This document shows, piece by piece, positions 62,451-64,000 of a stretch of DNA of 64,000 nucleotides (positions are counted from its first letter, which is position 1; each line of letters begins with the position of its first letter). A model generated the notes under the pieces. It did no database searches and was not told the DNA's origin. It was given only the letters and a program-made list of their open reading frames with translations. The position numbers and the translations under genes were made by a program. Source of the DNA: Mobula hypostoma (taxonomy: Eukaryota); NCBI RefSeq assembly GCF_963921235.1, contig NC_086108.1, positions 75,022,001 to 75,086,000 of the forward strand, given 5' to 3'.

Positions 62451-64000
62451 TAAGACCATAAGACATAGAAGAAGAATTAGCCCATTTAGCCCATCAAGAC
62501 TGCTCTGCCATTCAATCATGGTTGATCCTTTTTTACCCCTCCTCAGCTCGACATGCAGGCCTTCTCCCCATAGCCTTTGGTGCCATGGCCGATCAAGAAC
62601 CTATCTACCTCCACCTTAAATACACCCAACAACCTGGCCTCCACAGCTGCCTGTGGTAACAAATTCTACAAATTCACCACTCTCTAGCTAAAGAAATTTC
62701 TCCACATCTCTGTTTTAAATGGATGCCCCTCTATCCTGAGACTGTGCCCTCTTGTCCTAGACTTCCCCACCATGGGAAACATCCTTTCCACATCTGCTTT
62801 GCCTAGGCCTTTCAACATTCTAAAGGTTTCAATGAGATCCCCCTTCATCCTTCTAAATTCCAGCAATTTCAGGCCCAAAGCCATCAAATGTTCCTCATAT
62901 GAAAACTATTTCATTTCCAGAATCATCTCCGTGAACCTCCTCTGAAACCTCTCCAATGGCAACACATCTTTTCTTAGATAAGGAGCCCAAAATTGTTCGC
63001 AATACTCAAGGTGAGACCTCACTAGTGCCTTATAAATCCTCATCATCATATCCCTGCTCTCGTATTCTAGACCTCTTGAAATGAATGCTAACTTGGCATT
63101 TGCCTTCTATACCTCTAACTCAACCTGCAAGTTAACCTTTAGGGTGTTCTTCAGAAGGACTCCCAAGTCCCTTTGCACCTCAGATTTTTGGATTTCCACC
63201 CTGTTTAGAAAATAGTCTTCAAATTTATTTCTTCAACCAAAGTGCATGACTGTGCTTTTTCCAACATTGTATTTCATTTGCTACTTTCTTGCCATTCTCC
63301 TAATTTGTTCAAGTCCTTCTGCAGCCTTTCTGTTTCCTCTGCACTACCTACCCATCCACCAATCTTCGTATCATCTGCAAACGTAGGAAAAAACCATCTA
63401 TTCCATCAGCTAAATCATTTATATACAGCATAAAAAGAACCGGTTCCAACACTGACTCCTGCGGAACACCACTAGTCACTGGCAGCCAACCAGAAAAGGA
63501 TCCTTTTATTCTCTAATCATTTTGATAACTTTCCTGTAGTACCATGGGCTCATAACTTGGTAAGCAGTCTCATGTGTGGCACCTTGTCAAGGGCCTTCTG
63601 AAAATTCAAAATTCAAATGATGAACCATTGGAATTCAAATATACAACATCCACTGTATCCCTTTTATCTATCCAACTTGTAATCTCTTCAAAGAATTCCA
63701 ATAGGTTCATCAGGCAAGATTTTCCCTTAAGGTAACCATGCTGACATTGTCCTACCTTGTTCTGTGCCAGCAAGTACTACATAACCTCATCTTTAACAAT
63801 AGACTCCTACATCTTCCCAACAACTGAGGTCAGGTTAACTGGTCTATAATTTCCTTTCTGCTGCCTCCCTCCTTTCTTAAAGAGTGGAGTAACAGTTCCA
63901 ACTTTCCAGTCGTCTGGAACCATGCCAGAGTCAAATGATTCTTGTAAGATCATTACTAAGGCCTCCACAATCTCTATGGCTGCCTCTTTCAGAACCCTAG
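62451..64000 (-). mobile_element. CR1 LINE, continues beyond the window end
   Basis: TAAGACCATAAGACATAG tail; EFRRMKGDLIETFRMLKG; RT motifs (TTTGCAGATGATACGAAG, AATTATAGACCAGTTAACC on the minus strand). Confidence 0.93.

Noticed and set aside
1..64000. Prokaryotic RT systems (retron, DGR, group II intron) or host protein-coding exons
   Set aside because: All RT motifs belong to CR1, Rex1, RTE, Gypsy or Penelope clades. The short ORFs in unique DNA show no recognisable domains; small exons cannot be excluded without RNA-seq.

Overview
Eukaryotic, repeat-dominated genomic DNA from a vertebrate. The repeat mix (CR1 LINEs with octamer tails, Rex1/Babar LINEs, V-SINE-like tRNA-derived SINEs, Penelope-like elements) suggests a cartilaginous fish, probably a ray or skate; that assignment is inference. 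I found no host protein-coding exon, rRNA or tRNA gene, or CRISPR array. The long ORFs are decayed transposon ORFs, their antisense shadows, or minisatellite artefacts. Main contents: two dead Sushi-like chromoviral Gypsy LTR elements, many 5'-truncated CR1 and Rex1 LINEs (often nested with resolvable junctions), two copies of a Tigger/pogo-like non-autonomous DNA transposon, an RTE fragment, two SINEs, and several Penelope-like (PLE) remnants. Most notable: (i) the PLE termini carry minimal type I hammerhead ribozyme motifs, including one intact core in the loop of a ~220-bp fold-back mini-element with a 13-bp target-site duplication (TSD) at 53611-53828; (ii) two minisatellites expanded from conserved RT motifs inside Rex1 LINEs; (iii) several repeat-free, TAAT-rich islands that resemble conserved non-coding elements. 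Coordinates of old repeat fragments are approximate.
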